A stretch of 64,000 nucleotides of DNA from contig CAZCYX010000002.1 of the NCBI GenBank assembly GCA_964503065.1, forward strand, positions 118-64,117, read 5' to 3'. The translations under genes and the position numbers were made by a program. Position 1 is the stretch's first letter, and every line of letters starts with the position of its first letter. Of the stretch, positions 59,829-64,000 are shown in pieces. Below the pieces are notes generated by a model, which saw only the letters and a list, made by a program, of their open reading frames with translations, made no database searches and had not been told where the DNA came from. Source of the stretch: an uncultured Candidatus Bathyarchaeia archaeon (GTDB lineage Archaea; Thermoproteota; Bathyarchaeia; Bathyarchaeales; Bathyarchaeaceae).

Positions 59829-60374
59829 CTATTTCTCTCCTAACTTGCTTATTATTACTTTAAAACTTTCATTCCAATCCTTAACCGAAAGGTTTGGAAA
59901 TGACCAGGTTGCGTGGGGATTATAGAATCTGTCTAGGCTTATGGTCTTAAGGTTTATGGAGAAGTGTTTCAGTGCGGATAATATTACAAACTCCATGTAG
60001 TAGGGGAGACCCATGAACATCGCCAAGTCATATGTGCCTTTTTCGTCTAAACCTTTCCATTCCGGATCCTGAAGCCTATTACCAATATCCATTGCAGACA
60101 TCCAAGCCGTGGGTTGAAAACCCCTCTTGATAAATTCAGTTGTCATGTGCGCTGTGGCAACCACAGGGATTTTCGCAGTCTTGCTCATGCGTATTGCGTA
60201 GTCAATCATTTTGACATTGTCTGAATAGTCTTCAGCCGCTAGGTGTCCAACGACTAGGATGGGACGCTTCGCCCTCTTCACCATTGCTATCACTACCTCA
60301 GGCTTCAAGATGAGTAGAGCCTTCTTGGGTCCCGCTATTTCGGCTGTTTGCCACGGTTCTGCCTTTACACCCAT
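59829..60374 (-). CDS. cdhB: ACDS epsilon subunit
   Basis: AKRPILVVG, WKGLD..G.YDL, W.FPN; AGGTGA RBS before ATG 60374. Confidence 0.92.
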   Translation of the reverse strand: MGVKAEPWQTAEIAGPKKALLILKPEVVIAMVKRAKRPILVVGHLAAEDYSDNVKMIDYAIRMSKTAKIPVVATAHMTTEFIKRGFQPTAWMSAMDIGNRLQDPEWKGLDEKGTYDLAMFMGLPYYMEFVILSALKHFSINLKTISLDRFYNPHATWSFPNLSVKDWNESFKVIISKLGEK

Positions 60375-60375
60375 A

Positions 60376-62727
60376 TTATTCACCTTTCCTCTTTCTGATG
60401 AGCCTAGGTAGAAGTGTTGGATCAGGGATTCTTCTTTCCTTCCATCTCTTTTCCTCTAGAATCTTAAGGATTTCATCTTTCATGGTGATGGGTACGTCAG
60501 CCTTGTTTCGGACGAAGAGATGTATGTCATCGGGCATGATGCCGTAGAGGCGCTTGTGCAGGTCAATGTAATGGGTTAACTTTATGGCGCGACCCCTAGT
60601 GGTGTCGTTGGGTCTCATACATAGCTTTGCTATCATCACCATAGCTTCCTCTTTGGTCTCAGCTGTAGTGAAGAGATGTTCAGGAGCCGGACCTGCATAG
60701 ACTTTGTCGCCTGTTCTGGCGTCGTAAGCATACCAGTCTTCTTCTTTGTCCTCTCTTCCCAAAAGCATACGTCGATATTTAGATCCATGTGGACCAACGA
60801 TTACAGGCACTCCAAGTCTCCAGAAGCCTGAGGCTATTGAGGCGGCTTTTTGGGACATGGCGCCCCAAGCGACACCTACAGCCCCAACTCGGTTAAGGAT
60901 GTAATCTGCAATCTCCTCGTAGTTAGCACGCAGTTTTCTCTTTGCGAAGATGCTCGCGATTTTGATCGCTGCTCCGGCTATATGAGGGTTGGAGACACAT
61001 GAGCCCACATTGAGGATGCCACCTGCATCAAAGGCACCAGGATATTTCTCATAGAGAGTTTTTCCCTCTTCATCCTTTACCATTGCTATGGACATAGCAG
61101 CGCATCCTGAGGTGACAACAATAAATCTGCGTTTTGCGAACTCTTCAGCGATCTCTGCGACTTCCTTTCCGCCATGGGGGTAGTTGGCGCATCCTACTAA
61201 GGCTACTACTCCCGGAATCTCGCCGAGAACTATGGGTCCGCCAACTTCTCTTATCTCTACGTCTTGGATGGCACCACGTCCAACTCGCATCTTGAACTTC
61301 TCTTCCCATAACTTTCCTTCTCCCGCTTTTACCATGAAGCTATGCAGAGGGAAGTCGTTGGGGCAGGCGCTGTCACACCGGGCGCAGCCGATGCAATCAT
61401 CAAGGATTTCAGCCAGCGGGTTAAGGTCTCCCTTTGCTGCTGCTTTGATGGCTTCGGGGATGGGTTGATTGTTTGGGCAGGCTCGCATGCACTCGTTGCA
61501 TTGGTTGCATTCTTGAGCAGCTTTAATGATCTCTTCTATTTCTGGGATGACCTTGAATTTCTTTCTTTTTGGGGCAACAGCCATTACAGTTTCAACGGCA
61601 ACTTCCCCTACCTTGTCTGGGTCTAGAATGAGTACGCCAGGAACCTTTCCATTCACCAAGTCTGTTATTGCTTCCTTCGATGATCTTTCGGTTCTGTTTT
61701 CGAGTCCTAGACAGTTCTTCGGACTTGAAGCAATTACAGGTGCCTTGACCTTTTGGGCTTCAACCAACGCGTCTGCTCGGATACATTGTTCGTCCACAAC
61801 GATTAGATCGGCTAGTCCGCTTCTAATGTAGCGTAATTGCCAAGATATAGGACCAACTATCTTAGCCATCGAGCTGTATCTTGTAAGATCGTGGGCGGTG
61901 CAGCAAATGCCTACAACCTCAACTTTGCCTAACAATCCTTTGTCTGTTAGGTAGTCAATTATTCCCACGGAAGATGGGACATTATGACCAATGACCAAAA
62001 TCGTAGGTTTGGAGACGTCTGCTATGCCGAAGCCTAAATCAGTTAGGGGAGCTTCAGGGTCAGCCTTTGGAAAACCGAGAACTGAAATCTGCGCTAAATC
62101 TGCGATTTCCATGCCAACTTGATCCACCATTCCTGCATGTAGAACTTTGGACTCAAAGTCTAGGTTGCTTCCCTCCTGTCCAGTATGAGTGGCTGAGAGA
62201 AGATGCGTAACCTGTTCCTCGCAATAGTCGAGGGCATCCTCCACATCTTTGAGCGTTTTGGGTCTGATGCCACAAACTAGGCGGGTCACTGGAGCCTCTA
62301 TGTCGATGTTTAATCCTCCAACGTCAAGGGGGCTGTTTCTACCGTATTTTTCTATTAAGTGTTCAACTAGGTGACGGGCATGTGCAACATGGGTGGCAGC
62401 TCCGATGCAGCAGGCGAGGAGGACTATACGCGACTGTTGGGCTGCCATGTTCAGTCCACAGGCTCCCCGTTTATCCCCTGTTAAGTCACACTTGCCAAAA
62501 GTGCAGAGGCAGCAGACATCGCAAAACGGTAGGTAGAAGGGCTTATACCGCTGCAGAAGTTTGAAGTCCCATTCTCGGAGGTCTGTTATTGATGGAAAAG
62601 GAGTAGGTCCTAATGGTTCGGTCCACTCCTCTTCATAAATTCTTCCGACCGATATTTCGAGGTCTTTTGCTAGGACAATGTCAGTCTTTAGTTCTTTTAC
62701 CTTCATGTGTAAGTCCTTTTTAGACAA
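60376..62727 (-). CDS. cdhA: ACDS alpha subunit (Ni-CO dehydrogenase)
   Basis: CCLCTFGKC, IGHN, GICC, DEQC, two ferredoxin motifs, GCAN, GSCVSN. Confidence 0.96.
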   Translation of the reverse strand: MSKKDLHMKVKELKTDIVLAKDLEISVGRIYEEEWTEPLGPTPFPSITDLREWDFKLLQRYKPFYLPFCDVCCLCTFGKCDLTGDKRGACGLNMAAQQSRIVLLACCIGAATHVAHARHLVEHLIEKYGRNSPLDVGGLNIDIEAPVTRLVCGIRPKTLKDVEDALDYCEEQVTHLLSATHTGQEGSNLDFESKVLHAGMVDQVGMEIADLAQISVLGFPKADPEAPLTDLGFGIADVSKPTILVIGHNVPSSVGIIDYLTDKGLLGKVEVVGICCTAHDLTRYSSMAKIVGPISWQLRYIRSGLADLIVVDEQCIRADALVEAQKVKAPVIASSPKNCLGLENRTERSSKEAITDLVNGKVPGVLILDPDKVGEVAVETVMAVAPKRKKFKVIPEIEEIIKAAQECNQCNECMRACPNNQPIPEAIKAAAKGDLNPLAEILDDCIGCARCDSACPNDFPLHSFMVKAGEGKLWEEKFKMRVGRGAIQDVEIREVGGPIVLGEIPGVVALVGCANYPHGGKEVAEIAEEFAKRRFIVVTSGCAAMSIAMVKDEEGKTLYEKYPGAFDAGGILNVGSCVSNPHIAGAAIKIASIFAKRKLRANYEEIADYILNRVGAVGVAWGAMSQKAASIASGFWRLGVPVIVGPHGSKYRRMLLGREDKEEDWYAYDARTGDKVYAGPAPEHLFTTAETKEEAMVMIAKLCMRPNDTTRGRAIKLTHYIDLHKRLYGIMPDDIHLFVRNKADVPITMKDEILKILEEKRWKERRIPDPTLLPRLIRKRKGE

Positions 62728-62844
62728 TTAACACACTACTCACGAAACTTGTTAGAGCACGGAATATCGGAATCTAATCGTATAAACCTTTTTCTATTAA
62801 TCGACCAGAAGAAAATTTTAATGCAAATAGATGTTCTAGACTAA

Positions 62845-63585
62845 GTGAAGGAGATTTATGCTGTGAAGTACGTCAAAATTCAAGCTTTTGATTGTCCTGA
62901 TGCTTGGTATAAGACCTTAAATGAAATATGGTATAACGGTGAACCTTTTAAAGTTAGATATGGGTCTGAACGCTCTAATACTAGAAAACTCAATTTGAGC
63001 ATAGAAATCACGCATCCTGAGAGCAGACCGTTAGTGGATGAAAAGGCTCCTTGCGACACTAAGTATGTTCAGTGGTATGCCCTGAAGTATTTGTGGTCTG
63101 GTCTAATCGAGGATGAGACATACACGTATGGTAGTCGATTACGAGAACCTATTGATCAAATAGGAGAGGCTGTTGGAAGATATCTGGAAGAGCAAGGGGA
63201 TAGACAAGTAACTCTTGTAATTCGACTACCTGAGGACATCAAGAAGCTCTTAGAGGAAAGAAAGCATGAACCTCCCTGCCTCAGTCTCATCGACACGGAA
63301 ATATATAACAACAAATTACATTTGACATGTTACTTCAGATCATGGGATGCATATGCAGGGTTGCCTGCTAACATAGCTGGAATCCAGATATTTAACGAGG
63401 CTTTGGTCTCCGAGATTAACAGAAAGGGAAACCTAAACATTGAGACTGGCAAACTAATCTTTCATTCCAAGAATTGCCACATATATGAAAGACAGTTCAA
63501 GATCGTTGAAGAACTATTGACCCCAAAAAAAGACAACAAAAGAAAGCCCTTTGGATTAAAAGTCTCTCCTTCTGCTAAGGAATAG
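62845..63585 (+). CDS. thyA: Archaeal-type thymidylate synthase
   Basis: YTYGSRL, PPCL catalytic Cys, FRSWD, LPAN, HIY. Confidence 0.85.
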   Translation: MKEIYAVKYVKIQAFDCPDAWYKTLNEIWYNGEPFKVRYGSERSNTRKLNLSIEITHPESRPLVDEKAPCDTKYVQWYALKYLWSGLIEDETYTYGSRLREPIDQIGEAVGRYLEEQGDRQVTLVIRLPEDIKKLLEERKHEPPCLSLIDTEIYNNKLHLTCYFRSWDAYAGLPANIAGIQIFNEALVSEINRKGNLNIETGKLIFHSKNCHIYERQFKIVEELLTPKKDNKRKPFGLKVSPSAKE

Positions 63586-63593
63586 TCCAAAGT

Positions 63594-64000
63594 TTAAATT
63601 TTGGTGTAAATGCGTTCGCTACTATATCGACCTGTTTCCATCTCCTTTTCGATCTCCCGCAACAGAAGAATTCGTTGATAGGTTGCTGGATGTGTGGCGA
63701 ACCATGTGTTGATGGTTGTCCAAGTGGATTTCGCTTCTTTCTCCATGGCAAGTTCGAGTTCTCTTTCGTCAAGGACGCCGTCTTTGTCAAGGTCGTATTC
63801 TTGTTTTCGGTTCATTATGCCTTGAAATTCTTGTTTTGCAAGTGCTGGGTCACCAATGTATAGGGTTCTTGCTCCATGTGGTGGCTTTGGTGCAAGAGAC
63901 AGTCCATACGTAATCTTGGTTAAGCCACTTTCCAAATCTCGTGGAGATTCAGTCACATAAGCCGAGTAGGCATCAGCATAATGCTCCCGTAGTCGACTTA
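63594..64000 (-). CDS. C-terminal part of a second HtpX-like M48 protease, with an EF-hand loop (partial, runs off the right edge)
   Basis: Frame stays open to the edge: SRLREHYADAYSAYVT; FATHP..QRI; DLDKDGVLDERE. Confidence 0.8.
   Translation of the reverse strand, partial: SRLREHYADAYSAYVTESPRDLESGLTKITYGLSLAPKPPHGARTLYIGDPALAKQEFQGIMNRKQEYDLDKDGVLDERELELAMEKEAKSTWTTINTWFATHPATYQRILLLREIEKEMETGRYSSERIYTKI

Overview
Archaeal chromosomal segment of roughly 40-45% GC, with TATA-type promoters and GGTGA/GGAGG ribosome-binding sites. Gene content suggests Candidatus Bathyarchaeia (inference). Core content: a complete archaeal CODH/acetyl-CoA synthase operon (cdhABCDE plus a CooC-type Ni insertase), an ADP-forming acetyl-CoA synthetase alpha subunit, thymidylate synthase, ino1, histidine utilisation genes (hutH, hutU), rtcA plus FAU-1, a divergent ATP-dependent DNA ligase coupled to a wHTH-KaiC/RecA-type ATPase, FeoAB and ZIP metal transporters, and two radical SAM enzymes. 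Accessory content: a GC-rich katG flanked by direct repeats, a decayed AT-rich island starting with a frameshifted tyrosine integrase remnant, and several small metal-binding ORFs missed by the ORF track. Most notable observations: (1) a near-identical 35-bp TATA-plus-palindrome element upstream of both a stand-alone NuoL/NuoM-like pair and a Na+/Ca2+-type antiporter next to a divergent ArsR regulator, a candidate ion-homeostasis regulon whose NuoL-like subunit has lost several canonical proton-pathway residues; (2) a dispersed TATA-polypurine-TATA element directly after two unrelated stop codons; (3) recurrent GC-rich alternating purine/pyrimidine tracts at gene junctions. No tRNA, rRNA or CRISPR array was recognised. 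All assignments come from motif recognition by eye, without database searches.
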